A stretch of DNA of 64,000 nucleotides, taken from Gammaproteobacteria bacterium (GTDB lineage: Bacteria; Pseudomonadota; Gammaproteobacteria; Eutrophobiales; Eutrophobiaceae). The number at the start of each line of letters is the position of its first letter. Positions within the stretch are counted from its first letter, which is position 1. Positions 19,876-30,824 of this stretch are shown here, in pieces. Below the pieces are notes generated by a model. It did no database searches. It was given only the letters and a program-made list of their open reading frames with translations, and was not told the origin of the DNA. Location: contig OZ244890.1 in NCBI GenBank assembly GCA_965221455.1, positions 415,623-479,622 of the forward strand, in the 5' to 3' direction. Made by a program: the position numbers and the translations under genes.

Positions 19876-22837
19876 ATACCGGATTTACCACTTTCATCGG
19901 TACCGTCCGGTTTCTTAACGGATAACTCATGTAAACGGTTTTGTTTTCCCAGGCCTCGAGTCCACCCTTAATAAAACCCAAAGCAATCGGATGATCCTTT
20001 TCCACACAATATCCGGTTGACGTGACATGACCTATCATTTCAACAGGTGGTGCTGCATGAGCATTGGTCACGATCTGTGAACCAGCTGTTAAATATGTTC
20101 TACCATCCAGTGGCACAAAACCTGCAATTTTTTCTCGATCAACTGATGTTAAAGCTTCACGATAGGCAAGACGTTTGCCAATAAACTCTTTCTTCTTCGA
20201 CATCATCATACCCAGACCCAGATCGTCCGCAATCGTACGCCCATCCAGCTCTGGGCCTGCAACATGACCCTTTTCCATGCGCATATTACCGAGTGTTTCC
20301 GTTCCGTAGGGCACGATATTGTATTCCTGACCTGTTGCGTAAATCTTTTCCCAGACATAACGTCCGTAATCGCAGGGCACATTAACTTCAAAAGCCAACT
20401 CACCTGAAAAAGAGATACGAAATAAACGGCACCTGGAAATTCCGGCAACAACACATTCAGAAGCACCCATAAATGGAAATACTGCGTTAGACATATCAAT
20501 GTCTATAAGCTCTTGTAATACCTTGCGCGAATCAGGACCGGCAACGGCTATCGCTGACCACTGCTCGGTAACACTTGTAACCTGAACACGCAGATCCGGC
20601 CAGATAGCCTGTAGGTAAAACTCAAGGTTGGACATTACCTTGACGGCATTAGCCGTTGTTGTTGTCATGACAAAGTGATTTTCAGCCAGGCGCGATGTTG
20701 TACCATCGTCATATACAATACCATCTTCACGTAACATCGCGCCGTAACGTGCTTTTCCAACGGCCAGTTTTTTCCAGTGATTAATATAAACGCGTTCCAA
20801 AAATTCCGCAGTGTCCGCACCCTGAAGATCAATCTTGCCCAGGGTGGTTACATCGCACATACCGACTGAACTACGTGTCATCCCTGTTTCACGAAGAAAT
20901 GCATCACGAATAGTTTCACCTGTTTTCGGGTAATAACGCGGACGTCGCCAAATACCGGCATCTATCCATACACATCCCTGTTCTCCATGCCAGGAATCTA
21001 TAGCTGTACGACGGATCGGCATAAAATGTTCACCAACTTCCGCCCCGCCAAGCGCACCCAAAGATACTGGTGTATAGGGAGGACGAAAAGTCGTCAATCC
21101 GGCCTGAGGTATTGAACAACTGCGGGCAGCCGCCATGATTCCAAGCCCGGACAAATTAGATGTTTTACCCTGATCTGTTCCCATGCCCAAGGTGGTATAA
21201 CGTTTGAGATGTTCAACTGAAACATAGCCTTCACGATGAGCGAGCCGCACATCACTGGCGGCGACATCATCTTGATGATCGACAAATTTCTTCGGTCGGC
21301 CAGACACAGGATCCGGTGCTTCCCACAAAGGTTGATAAGCCGTTTCATGCAAGTCATCCGTCACAGGAAGCGCCATGGCATCGGTGGGGAAACCGGCGCT
21401 TGTTGCCGCTTCCACACCGGCAAATGATCCGTCCGCAAAACAGGTCTTGAGGTCAAAACTGCCCCGAGCGGCACCGACAGATCGTTCGGCCTGCCTTGAA
21501 TCACCCGAAACAAAAATATGACGTTCTTCATTCCAGACCACTTTGCCCCCTGACTGACTAAACAGATGCAAGGCGGGTGCCCAACCATTCGACATGGCTA
21601 CCAAATCACAATTTATACGTCGTGATTTTTTACTTGACAGGGATTGCACATCCACCGCGTGGACACCGTCAGCATTACCATGTGTATCAACAATTGCATG
21701 GCCTTGCAGTATTTCCATGTTACGACTACGACATTCTTGCGCATAACAAGATTCAGTCAGACGTGAATCGATAACTGCTTCTATTTTTGCACCCGCGTCA
21801 CTTAAATCGATGGCAGTTCGATAGGCATCATCACATGATGTAAAAACAACCGCATGTTTACCCGGCAATACGCCGTATTCATTAATGTAGGCCCTCACTG
21901 CATTTGCCAACATAACATTAGGTCGATCATTATTACCAAATACCATGGGTTGTTCATGTGCACCCGTGGCAAGTACGACCTGATCTGCCTGAATATTCCA
22001 TATACGCTGTCGTGGTTTATGCTCTGTTGGTATGGGAAGATGATCACAGACGCGCTCGACACAAGCTATAAAATTATGATCGTAGTAGCCAAATGCAGTA
22101 GTACGATCAAGCATAAAAACATTTTCCATTGCTTCCAGTCCAGCAACGATTTCCTTGATCCAGTCTACTGCAGGACGACCATCAATTGCATATCGTTCAA
22201 AACGTAATTGACCACCTAAATTTGCACGTTCGTCGATTAGCATCACGCGTGCGCCACTGGCCGCAGCAGATTTTGCTGCCATTAGGCCCGCAGGACCACC
22301 ACCAATGACTAACACCTCGCAATGACGACTCATACAGTCATACGTATCTGGATCGGGAAGTATTGATGCTGTTCCCATACCCGCTGCCTTGCGGATAAAT
22401 GCTTCAAAGATCATCCATATTCTGGTACTACGGAATGATCCCATGAATGTTTTGTAGTAAAAACCGGCAGGGAGAAAACTCTTGAATAAATCATTAATGC
22501 ATTGTGGATCACTACGCAAGCTACCACCGCGGTTTTGACTTTCCGCGACCAAACCATCATAAAGTTCGACGACTGTAGCGCGTGTATTCGGTTCCCGACG
22601 CGCACCTTCACGCAGATGTACCATTGCATTTGGCTCTTCCGAACCCGCAGAAAAAACACCGCGTGGACGATGATACTTAAAACTACGTGCAACCAGCTTA
22701 ACTCCATTCGCTAATAAAGCTGAGGCTAATGTATCGCCCTGATAGCCCGTATAGTTTTTTCCATCGAAACTGAATGATATCGATTTCGTGCGATCAATAG
22801 ATCCACCTTGTGCCAATCTATTAACTTGCATCGTCAT
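19841..22837 (-). CDS. sarcosine oxidase alpha-like subunit (SoxA/MgdC-like)
   Basis: The 998-aa ORF has an N-terminal FAD/NAD Rossmann motif (VLVIGGGPAGLMAAKSAAASG) and a C-terminal aminomethyltransferase (GcvT-like) folate-binding domain. The size is typical of SoxA. Confidence 0.8.
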   Translation of the reverse strand: MTMQVNRLAQGGSIDRTKSISFSFDGKNYTGYQGDTLASALLANGVKLVARSFKYHRPRGVFSAGSEEPNAMVHLREGARREPNTRATVVELYDGLVAESQNRGGSLRSDPQCINDLFKSFLPAGFYYKTFMGSFRSTRIWMIFEAFIRKAAGMGTASILPDPDTYDCMSRHCEVLVIGGGPAGLMAAKSAAASGARVMLIDERANLGGQLRFERYAIDGRPAVDWIKEIVAGLEAMENVFMLDRTTAFGYYDHNFIACVERVCDHLPIPTEHKPRQRIWNIQADQVVLATGAHEQPMVFGNNDRPNVMLANAVRAYINEYGVLPGKHAVVFTSCDDAYRTAIDLSDAGAKIEAVIDSRLTESCYAQECRSRNMEILQGHAIVDTHGNADGVHAVDVQSLSSKKSRRINCDLVAMSNGWAPALHLFSQSGGKVVWNEERHIFVSGDSRQAERSVGAARGSFDLKTCFADGSFAGVEAATSAGFPTDAMALPVTDDLHETAYQPLWEAPDPVSGRPKKFVDHQDDVAASDVRLAHREGYVSVEHLKRYTTLGMGTDQGKTSNLSGLGIMAAARSCSIPQAGLTTFRPPYTPVSLGALGGAEVGEHFMPIRRTAIDSWHGEQGCVWIDAGIWRRPRYYPKTGETIRDAFLRETGMTRSSVGMCDVTTLGKIDLQGADTAEFLERVYINHWKKLAVGKARYGAMLREDGIVYDDGTTSRLAENHFVMTTTTANAVKVMSNLEFYLQAIWPDLRVQVTSVTEQWSAIAVAGPDSRKVLQELIDIDMSNAVFPFMGASECVVAGISRCRLFRISFSGELAFEVNVPCDYGRYVWEKIYATGQEYNIVPYGTETLGNMRMEKGHVAGPELDGRTIADDLGLGMMMSKKKEFIGKRLAYREALTSVDREKIAGFVPLDGRTYLTAGSQIVTNAHAAPPVEMIGHVTSTGYCVEKDHPIALGFIKGGLEAWENKTVYMSYPLRNRTVPMKVVNPVFVDPEGERLRG

Positions 22838-23115
22838 GCCTGTTCTCCTCCGAGTGACTTATCAGCCGGAGCCGTCGCCAACACTTCATGCGTTAGCGTG
22901 TCGCGTTTAACTTTCAACCATTGCCGACAGCCGTTAACATGATGCCAATATTCAAGGTGTGGTCCACAGGAATTATTGCGCAGATAAACATAATCGTAAT
23001 ACTGTGCTGCACTTGTATCTGCAGAGAGATCAGGATGTTTATTTATGGCATCGCCGCCATAGCTAAATTCCTCCATATTGCGCTCACCACACCAGGGACA
23101 ATTAATTCGAATCAT
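22834..23115 (-). CDS. sarcosine oxidase delta-like subunit (SoxD/MgdB-like)
   Basis: The 93-aa protein begins MIRINCPWCGERNMEEF (SoxD-type Zn-ribbon-like N-terminus). It overlaps the alpha subunit start by 4 nt. Confidence 0.8.
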   Translation of the reverse strand: MIRINCPWCGERNMEEFSYGGDAINKHPDLSADTSAAQYYDYVYLRNNSCGPHLEYWHHVNGCRQWLKVKRDTLTHEVLATAPADKSLGGEQA

Positions 23116-23127
23116 TATGCAATTCCT

Positions 23128-24387
23128 CTAGTGTGCCCCGGGAACGGGACCCATGCCCTTTTCATCAATGGTGTAACCGTGTTCAAAGCGGGTCAGCGTA
23201 AAATTTTCATTTAGTTTATGCGGCTGATTATTTGCTATAGTATGGGCGAAACACCAGCCTGCAGCCGGAGTCGCCTTAAAGCCGCCGTAACACCAGCCAC
23301 CATTAAGATAAAGGCCTTTAATCGGTGTTGTACTAATGATCGGACTACCGTCCATAGACATATCCATGATACCGGCCCAGTGCCGTAATAGTCGAATACG
23401 TCCTATTGTCGGCATTAAAGCCATGCCCGCTTGCGATACATGATTCACCATAGGAAAATTACCGCGCTGTGCATAAGAATTATAGCCATCCAGATCACCA
23501 CCAAATACGAGACCACCTTTGTCTGATTGGCTAACATAAAAATGTCCAGCACCGAATGTACAAACTGTATCAATAAAAGGTTTTAAAGGCTCTGATACCA
23601 TGGCCTGCAAGCTATGACTTTCGATAGGCAAACGATTTAAGCCTGCCATTGCACATAATCGAGAGGTATTTCCGGCAACAGCAATGCCTACTTTCCCTGC
23701 CTTGATTGCTCCGCGAGAAGTTTGCAATCCTTCAACTTGTCCATTCTGTATATCAAAACCGGTTACTTCACAATTTTGAATTATATCGATACCCAAACTA
23801 TCTGCCGCACGAGCGTAGCCCCAGGCAACCGCATCATGTCGTGCCGTTCCGGCACGTGGCTGTCGCAAGCCACCATAAACCGGAAAGCGAGCTCTATCTG
23901 AGTAATCCAGCATTTGCAAGTGTTCTTTAACTTGATCACGAGTCAATAACTCGGCATCAATGCCATTCAAACGCATGGCATTACCACGGCGAGCAAAACT
24001 GTCCATCTGTGCATCGGAATGAGCAACATTAATGATGCCGCGCTGGGAAAACATGACGTTGTAATTTAATTCTTGCGCCAATTCTTCCCATAGCTTCATG
24101 GCATATTCATAAAAATGCGCATTATCCTCCAGCATATAATTGGAACGAATGATGGTCGTATTTCGACCGACATTGCCACTGCCTAACCAGCCTTTTTCGC
24201 AGACTGCAATATTAGTCATGCCGTGTAGCCTGGCAAGGTAATACGCTGCTGCCAAACCATGTCCACCGCCGCCAATAATGATAGCGTCATATTCCCGTTT
24301 CGGTTCCGGGTCGCGCCAGGCACGCTGCCAGTGCTTTTGCCCGGTTAGCCCTCCCCTGATAACTTCCAAAACTGAATATCGATTCAT
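23128..24387 (-). CDS. sarcosine oxidase beta-like subunit (SoxB/MgdA-like), FAD-dependent
   Basis: The FAD motif AIIIGGGGHGLAAAYYLA is present. The start is placed at 24387 (MNRYSVL), which is preceded by a strong RBS aaaggag; the ORF finder extended the frame to 24426. Confidence 0.8.
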   Translation of the reverse strand: MNRYSVLEVIRGGLTGQKHWQRAWRDPEPKREYDAIIIGGGGHGLAAAYYLARLHGMTNIAVCEKGWLGSGNVGRNTTIIRSNYMLEDNAHFYEYAMKLWEELAQELNYNVMFSQRGIINVAHSDAQMDSFARRGNAMRLNGIDAELLTRDQVKEHLQMLDYSDRARFPVYGGLRQPRAGTARHDAVAWGYARAADSLGIDIIQNCEVTGFDIQNGQVEGLQTSRGAIKAGKVGIAVAGNTSRLCAMAGLNRLPIESHSLQAMVSEPLKPFIDTVCTFGAGHFYVSQSDKGGLVFGGDLDGYNSYAQRGNFPMVNHVSQAGMALMPTIGRIRLLRHWAGIMDMSMDGSPIISTTPIKGLYLNGGWCYGGFKATPAAGWCFAHTIANNQPHKLNENFTLTRFEHGYTIDEKGMGPVPGAH

Positions 24388-25577
24388 AATAAATTCCGCT
24401 CCTTTTGATTTAGCCTGACTCGCCAATTTACAGCAGCTTCAACATAATCCGCGATTATAAATAAGTGGGGACATATTATGTAATCGTGTGAAGTATTTAT
24501 ATACCCTGAAAGTAATATTCCTATCGTGTACTCTGCACATCGCTTGATGTGGACAAGGTCAACTATCGGTATGTTCTTGATGCTTAAAAAGCAACCAGAT
24601 ACCAGGCTATTTACAGTTTCCTTTTACCCGTTCTTTTTATGGGTCGAAACGGGGAAATGCGACCACAGTTCTCGGTAACCGCTTTTGATGTCCATCCAAT
24701 TTTCCACCTTACTACCGATCACGGAACATCCTGTTTTCATTTTACAAAGGGCGATATTTTTGCCGATAACAGGTGAAAAGTTGCACTAGCTGTTGTACCA
24801 ATCTGCTCTTTACCAATATAAACACCGTCATCATGAGATACCCACTTCCTCACCCGCAACCGAAAGCTCCAGGCCGGTGAGTTTTATCTATGGATTTTCC
24901 TTATTTCTGACAATGGCCAGAGGCATACGCACCTTAAGCAATACCAGCATAATTGAGAATATAAATCCTTAACACCAAACCATTCATTGAACGTAACGGA
25001 ATATTCGGGCTTCAGCCTAAAGTTTTCCTATGATGGCAAAGTCACGGTATTCAACATTTTCACATAAGTTAGAAGCGGAATCATCCGGATAGACATAGGA
25101 CCAACACTAAAGAATCCAGGCTAAACCCAGTCTTGAGGATAGAGCCACTCCAGCCGACACAGGGACCAACGATGGCATTGATCTTGTTATTTAGTATCAC
25201 AGGTACCCAGCTGAGTACCCGTTCCCCTCGTAACACAGTCATTGGGATCGCAGTTGAAGTGTAGGAAATAAATTATTCGCCGCATAAAAACCCACACAGG
25301 CACCAGCATTATGAGTCCAGGTAACGGTTGCTTCCGGAAACGGGAACTCGCCATCGTTTAGTTTCCGACTCACCTCCAAAAACTTAACCAGTGGGCGAAC
25401 TCTACCCAAGTACTGATTGTGCCATCAAGGACATCACTATGGATCCGCTTCTTCTTCATGAACCCACACATAACCCAAAAAAAACTATTCATTCCAGACC
25501 CCTATATGGTAAACATTAAAGAATACCTGTACCGCAGAAAACTCTAACCTACCCAGAAATCTCCCTTAAAAAAGTTA

Positions 25578-25967
25578 CTAACTGAATTTTTCATACGCTT
25601 TTCTCAAATCAACCATCGGATGATTTGTTGACATCTGAAACTTTACTAACAACTCGCGTGCAATCATATCGCGATCCTGTTGGTTATCAGGCATCTCCAT
25701 ATCTTCCGGCACAGTAACCCAGCCATTATTGTTACGATCAAATACTGCTGCACGACCTTCTTCATAACCCATGTGTACATCTTCCAGCCAATTCAGATCC
25801 TTCCAGCCCATAACCTCGATATATTTTTTAAGGAATGGCGTTATCCTGCCCAGATCAGGCACAAGGTTCACATCATAGCGATAACCGATATGTTGGCCGA
25901 TAATCTTCTCACGCTCCTCATCAAGACCATCACCCTCTAAAAAATGATTAATATCTTTCTTGCTCAT
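25578..25967 (-). CDS. hypothetical protein (129 aa), likely co-transcribed with mgsC-like gene
   Basis: The ORF lies 23 nt downstream of the mgsC-like stop. It has no recognisable motif. Confidence 0.45.
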   Translation of the reverse strand: MSKKDINHFLEGDGLDEEREKIIGQHIGYRYDVNLVPDLGRITPFLKKYIEVMGWKDLNWLEDVHMGYEEGRAAVFDRNNNGWVTVPEDMEMPDNQQDRDMIARELLVKFQMSTNHPMVDLRKAYEKFS

Positions 25968-25990
25968 GATTTTCCCCCAACAAAATTATT

Positions 25991-27337
25991 CTAGAAACGT
26001 GTCATATCCGGACGACCAACTGTGTATTGTGATCCGGCCAATGGAACCTGCGCTATCGCAGAAGCTTCCATGGTTAAGGCAGCCAAATCTTCCGGTTCCA
26101 ATGAATGAATGTCGGTCTTGCCACAAGCGCGGGCAAACAATTGAGCTTCAATCGTCAGTGTATGCAAGAAATTGTAAACACGAATAGCTGCTTCATCCGG
26201 ATTCAATCGAGCACGCAATTTCGGATCCTGTGTGGCCACACCCACTGGACAACGACCTGTATGACAGTGATAACAAGAACCAGCCGGGACACCCATCTCT
26301 TCTTCATAATCTGCTTCAGGAATATCTTTATTACAGTTCAATGCCATCAATGCTGAATGACCTATTGCAACTGCATCTGCACCCAACGCAATCGCTTTCG
26401 CCAAATCAGCACCGTTACGTATACCACCGGCATAGACCAACGTAATTTTGCCATCCATACCAACGTCCTGAATAGCCCGGCGTGCCTGGCGAATCGCACC
26501 AATACCGGGAACACCTGTATCTTCCGTAGCTAAATGTGGCCCGGCACCGGTACCTCCTTCCATACCGTCGATGTAAATAGAATCAGGATCGGTTTTAGCA
26601 GCCATACGTACATCGTCATAAACACGTGCCGCACCCAGTTTCAACTGAATCGGGATCTGACCATCCGTTGCCTGCCGTATTTCCTGAATTTTCAGAGCCA
26701 GATCATCCGGTCCCATCCAGTCAGGATGACGTGCAGGCGAACGCTGATCAATACCAGCCGGTAATGAACGCATTTCGGCAACCTGATCGGTCACTTTTTG
26801 ACCCATTAAGTGTCCACCTAAACCAACCTTACAACCCTGACCAATGAAAAATTCAATCGCATCCGCCAGGCGCAAATGTTGCGGGTTAAAACCGTAGCGA
26901 GACTGAATGCATTGATAAAACCATTTTTCTGAATAACGACGTTCATCAGGAATCATGCCGCCCTCACCAGAGCAAGTGGCAGTACCAGCCATAGTTGCTC
27001 CACGTGCCAGTGCTGTTTTGGCTTCATAGCTTAAGGCACCAAAACTCATGCCGGTAATATAAACCGGGATATCCAGTTCCAGTGGGCGTTTGGCACATGG
27101 ACCAATAACGGTTTTTGTTGTACATTTTTCTCGATAACCTTCAATTACAAAACGGGTTAATGTACCCGGCATAAAAGTGAGATCATCCCATGTCGGAATT
27201 TTCTTGAATAATGAAAAACCACGCATCCGATATCGACCGAGTTCAGCCTTAACGTGGATATCATTAATAACTTCGGGTGGAAATATAAAACTATCACCCA
27301 AATGATATTTTTTGGCATCATCTTTTACTGAAGACAT
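25991..27337 (-). CDS. glutamate synthase FMN-binding domain-like protein (N-methylglutamate synthase subunit C-like)
   Basis: The protein is homologous to the GltB FMN/Fe-S domain (GIDQRSPARHPDW...LVYAGGIRNGADLAKAIALGADAVAIG, with a C-terminal Cys cluster). The start chosen at 27337 (MSSVKDD...) has an RBS and leaves a 25-nt gap to the upstream gene. Confidence 0.8.
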   Translation of the reverse strand: MSSVKDDAKKYHLGDSFIFPPEVINDIHVKAELGRYRMRGFSLFKKIPTWDDLTFMPGTLTRFVIEGYREKCTTKTVIGPCAKRPLELDIPVYITGMSFGALSYEAKTALARGATMAGTATCSGEGGMIPDERRYSEKWFYQCIQSRYGFNPQHLRLADAIEFFIGQGCKVGLGGHLMGQKVTDQVAEMRSLPAGIDQRSPARHPDWMGPDDLALKIQEIRQATDGQIPIQLKLGAARVYDDVRMAAKTDPDSIYIDGMEGGTGAGPHLATEDTGVPGIGAIRQARRAIQDVGMDGKITLVYAGGIRNGADLAKAIALGADAVAIGHSALMALNCNKDIPEADYEEEMGVPAGSCYHCHTGRCPVGVATQDPKLRARLNPDEAAIRVYNFLHTLTIEAQLFARACGKTDIHSLEPEDLAALTMEASAIAQVPLAGSQYTVGRPDMTRF

Positions 27338-27362
27338 TTTTTGATCCTCTATTCTCTTTCTG

Positions 27363-28208
27363 TTAAAGCACCAGTTTCTTTTCGGTCGGTTCAAGGTTGT
27401 CATAATTCCACAACTGTTTACCGGATTCAATTTTAGTTATATTTTCAACACCGTTGGGTGCTTCCATATCGTATAACGCTAATTTGCCTTTTAGATATTC
27501 AATATCCAGTTCAGTCAATTCACCTTCAACAGCATCGACACCCAGACTTTTGGCCTTACCGGCAAGATAGATTGTACCGTCATACATGGAATCGCCCAGA
27601 TTCTCATCGGCGTCACCGAGGATGATCATGCGACCGCGTTGCATCATAAAACCGGTGAAAGCACCCACACTGTCACCCACAATGATCGTGCCACCCTTCT
27701 GATCGATGCCAACACGTGCACCTGCACGTCCTTTACAAACCAAATCGCCACCACGAATTGCAGCTCCAAAAAGTGAGCCGGCATTTTTTTCGATAACAAG
27801 AGTGCCTGCCATCATGTTTTCTGCGCAGGACCAACCGACCCGACCGTTAATACGTACATTTGGTCCATCAATAAGACCACAGGCAAAATAACCCAGACTG
27901 CCCTGAAAATTTAGATTGAGACGATTAAGAATACCGACACCCAGGGCATGCTTACCCATTGGATTTTTAACTGTGATCGTGCCATAACCCTCTTTCACCA
28001 ATTCACGAATTTTGATGTTGATTTCAGTATTTTCCATATCAGCACAATCAAATTCTGTTGCCTTGTCAAAATCGACTTCATCGGCATAAGCATGAACATA
28101 GTTCTCTTCTTCGGCAGCAGAAAAATACATTTGCTGAGTACGCCCCGCTAACTGCTCCTCGTGCAGACCCATTTCATATGACTTATGATCTTTATTTACG
28201 TTTGCCAT
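27363..28208 (-). CDS. GXGXG-motif glutamate synthase domain-3-like protein (MgsB-like)
   Basis: The GltB C-terminal domain signature is present (GVGILNRLNLNFQGSLGYFACGLIDG...). The start is uncertain: the acidic N-terminal roughly 55 aa has no counterpart in the paralog at 40129, so 28037 is an alternative start. Confidence 0.75.
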   Translation of the reverse strand: MANVNKDHKSYEMGLHEEQLAGRTQQMYFSAAEEENYVHAYADEVDFDKATEFDCADMENTEINIKIRELVKEGYGTITVKNPMGKHALGVGILNRLNLNFQGSLGYFACGLIDGPNVRINGRVGWSCAENMMAGTLVIEKNAGSLFGAAIRGGDLVCKGRAGARVGIDQKGGTIIVGDSVGAFTGFMMQRGRMIILGDADENLGDSMYDGTIYLAGKAKSLGVDAVEGELTELDIEYLKGKLALYDMEAPNGVENITKIESGKQLWNYDNLEPTEKKLVL

Positions 28209-29134
28209 ACTAAAACCTCCCCCTGATATGGATCGAATGTATCAATTTCTCTCGGGAAAATACTGCGAATGGCGATCTCTTCCGATGCTAAACCAACAAA
28301 CTCATCACTTTCATATATCACCATCGGTTTCGCCGACATGGTATCTTTAGCCATACCCAGCTGATCTTTGGTTGCAACCAGGTAGGAAAACACACCGTCC
28401 AGATAGCTAACAGAACTTTGCATGGCTTCTTCCAGACTATCTCCATGGTCTATTCGATCAGCGATGTACACGGCGATTAATTCCGAGTCGCAATTGGACA
28501 TAAAGCGATGTCCCCGACGTTCCAAATCACGACGATGCGTCCAGTAATTAGTCAACTGACCGTTATGCACTACGGATACATCACTAAACGGGTAAGCCCA
28601 ATAAGGATGAGCAGAACGTATGTCAACGTCCGATTCGGTTGCCATACGCGTATGACCAATTGCATGCGTTCCTTCAAAGTCATCCAAACCGTACTGTTCT
28701 GTTACCATCATGGAATCGCCCATGTCTTTAATTAATTCCAAAGCATTACCAACGGACAAAACTTCAACACCATCAACATCCTCTATATAATCAATCAATC
28801 GCCGCAAATCGCCATCAAAACCAAAAACATAACGATGTGCATACGCTGTTGACGCTTTTTGATCCCTGATTTTGGCACCCATCTCCTGCATACGTGCCTC
28901 AACCTGTTCCTCCCGTTCCTTAACCTGTTTGTTAATATCAAAACCGGTATTCATTTCTTCCTGCTCGGCAGTTTTAAACCGCATCACAAAATCATCTGAA
29001 TTTGCATTGCCATAAAGTGCAAACCCGGTTGAATCCGGCCCCCTATGTCTCAAAGCCTGAAGCATGGAAGACATTTCTGCACCAATGTTCGAACTTTGTC
29101 CTCCTTTCCAGATAAGTCCTGCAATACCACACAT
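28196..29134 (-). CDS. class II (Ntn) glutamine amidotransferase (MgsA-like)
   Basis: The N-terminus MCGIAGL has the catalytic Cys2. The body has the GltB domain-1-like/PurF-like fold motifs (THAIGHTRMATES). Confidence 0.8.
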   Translation of the reverse strand: MCGIAGLIWKGGQSSNIGAEMSSMLQALRHRGPDSTGFALYGNANSDDFVMRFKTAEQEEMNTGFDINKQVKEREEQVEARMQEMGAKIRDQKASTAYAHRYVFGFDGDLRRLIDYIEDVDGVEVLSVGNALELIKDMGDSMMVTEQYGLDDFEGTHAIGHTRMATESDVDIRSAHPYWAYPFSDVSVVHNGQLTNYWTHRRDLERRGHRFMSNCDSELIAVYIADRIDHGDSLEEAMQSSVSYLDGVFSYLVATKDQLGMAKDTMSAKPMVIYESDEFVGLASEEIAIRSIFPREIDTFDPYQGEVLVWQT

Positions 29135-29241
29135 AAGCTTTTCCTCAATAAAAAATTAAAAACATTGCTGTATCAGCAAACAGCTACAACGTCCAAACGT
29201 CAGATACCCACCCGAAAAAAATATCGGATGAGCAATTTAAC

Positions 29242-30711
29242 TTACGGCAAACAGTCCATATAGGTCTCTTGATCCCAATCTGTAACAGTCGCGTTATATT
29301 TTTCCCATTCATCACGTTTGTAATGTTCGTACACCTTATACATCTCACCTGGCATGGCAGACTTGATAACTTCGTCATTACCAAGTTCTGCAAGCGCTTC
29401 ACCCAAAGACATCGGTAATTTTTTCACATCCTTGCCTTCTTCCATTGCCAAATAGATATTCCGTTCTTCAGCTTCGCCTGGATCAATCCTGTTCTCAATA
29501 CCATCATCAAAGGCTTTAAGCAGGGCAGAACCCATAAGATATGGATTCACCATTGAATCCACTGAACGGTATTCGAAGCGACCCGGAGCAGAGACACGTA
29601 AGGCACAGGTGCGATTCTGGTAACCCCAATCGGCAAAGATGGGGGCCCAAAAACCGGTATCCCATAGACGACGATAAGAATTAACAGTGGAAGAACCAAT
29701 CGAGGTCAACGCGCCCAGGTGTTTGAGCACGCCACCGATTGAATACAGACCTATAGGACCAGGAGCTCGTTCGTCAATGGAAGGATCCGGCATGAATTTA
29801 TTTTCACCACCTTCAATATAACTAAAGACACCGTCCATACCTGGAAGAGAATCAAAGCCCAGATTATTAACAACATCTGCACCACCTTCCCATAAAGACA
29901 TATTATGATGACAACCTGAAGCTGACACACCCATGAACGGTTTGGACATAAAACAGGCTATCAAACCATCTTCACGTGCGACCTGAGCACATATTTGACG
30001 ATAAGTCGTCAAACGATCTGCGTTACGCAACACGTCATCATATTGTGTATTGAGTTCCAACTGACCCGGGGCATCTTCATGGTCACCCTGAATGATATCA
30101 AGACCCATCTGCTGAGCGTATTCAATCACCTTCATAAAGGTCGGGCGTAATTCTTCAAATTGGTCTATGTGATAGCAGTTAGGTTTGGTCACTCCACCAT
30201 CAGGTTTGCCATCTGCATCACGCTTTAACCACATCATTTCCGGTTCGGTTCCACAACGCATATTTAAACCATGCTTGTCCTGAAATGCCTGATGGATGCG
30301 ACGTAAATTACCTCGACAGTCTGCACTTAAAATGCCACCCGGATTTTCACGTTCTTCACGATTACGAAATAAGGTACAGAACACACGACCAACACGCTTA
30401 TCCCATGGTAATTGACAGAATGTCTCTGGATCAGGAATACCAACCAGTTCCGATGCCTCCGGACCATAACCAATGTAGTCACCATGACGATCTATGAATA
30501 AGTTTGCAGTCGAGCCGTAAACCAATTGAAAACCTTTTTCGGCAAGACGTTCCCAGTGTACAGCAGGGATCCCTTTACCCACTATCCGTCCGGTGACAGA
30601 AATAAATTGATAATAAATATAATCGACGCCTGTCTTTTTTATTTTTTCACTGACCTGTTTCACCAACTCGGCACGACCAGCCGCTTCCACATGTGCTTGA
30701 AGGTCTGTCAT
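29242..30711 (-). CDS. type III glutamine synthetase-like (gamma-glutamylmethylamide synthetase GmaS-like)
   Basis: The 489-aa ORF has a GS catalytic domain (HHNMSLW, NRTCALRVS...RFEYRSVDSMVNPYL). It is positioned directly upstream of the mgsABC-like trio. Confidence 0.75.
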   Translation of the reverse strand: MTDLQAHVEAAGRAELVKQVSEKIKKTGVDYIYYQFISVTGRIVGKGIPAVHWERLAEKGFQLVYGSTANLFIDRHGDYIGYGPEASELVGIPDPETFCQLPWDKRVGRVFCTLFRNREERENPGGILSADCRGNLRRIHQAFQDKHGLNMRCGTEPEMMWLKRDADGKPDGGVTKPNCYHIDQFEELRPTFMKVIEYAQQMGLDIIQGDHEDAPGQLELNTQYDDVLRNADRLTTYRQICAQVAREDGLIACFMSKPFMGVSASGCHHNMSLWEGGADVVNNLGFDSLPGMDGVFSYIEGGENKFMPDPSIDERAPGPIGLYSIGGVLKHLGALTSIGSSTVNSYRRLWDTGFWAPIFADWGYQNRTCALRVSAPGRFEYRSVDSMVNPYLMGSALLKAFDDGIENRIDPGEAEERNIYLAMEEGKDVKKLPMSLGEALAELGNDEVIKSAMPGEMYKVYEHYKRDEWEKYNATVTDWDQETYMDCLP

Positions 30712-30824
30712 TTTTTACCCCTCTCTTAATATATTAAGTTGTCATTAATCTATCGCAATAAAACCGACAGTGGTAATTCATCACTACCTTAAAAAGTCAA
30801 CTGTGACAAATTAATTACTTGTTC

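Noticed and set aside
19234-24387. Calling the soxBDAG-like genes a bona fide sarcosine oxidase.
   Set aside because: This is not rejected outright. Given the adjacent gmaS plus split-GOGAT-like genes, the N-methylglutamate dehydrogenase interpretation is at least as likely. The genes are kept as 'sarcosine-oxidase-like' with this caveat.
24427-25577. Glycine or THF riboswitch upstream of the sox/mgd-like operon.
   Set aside because: I could not find the conserved cores by eye. This is left as an open check under findings rather than a feature.
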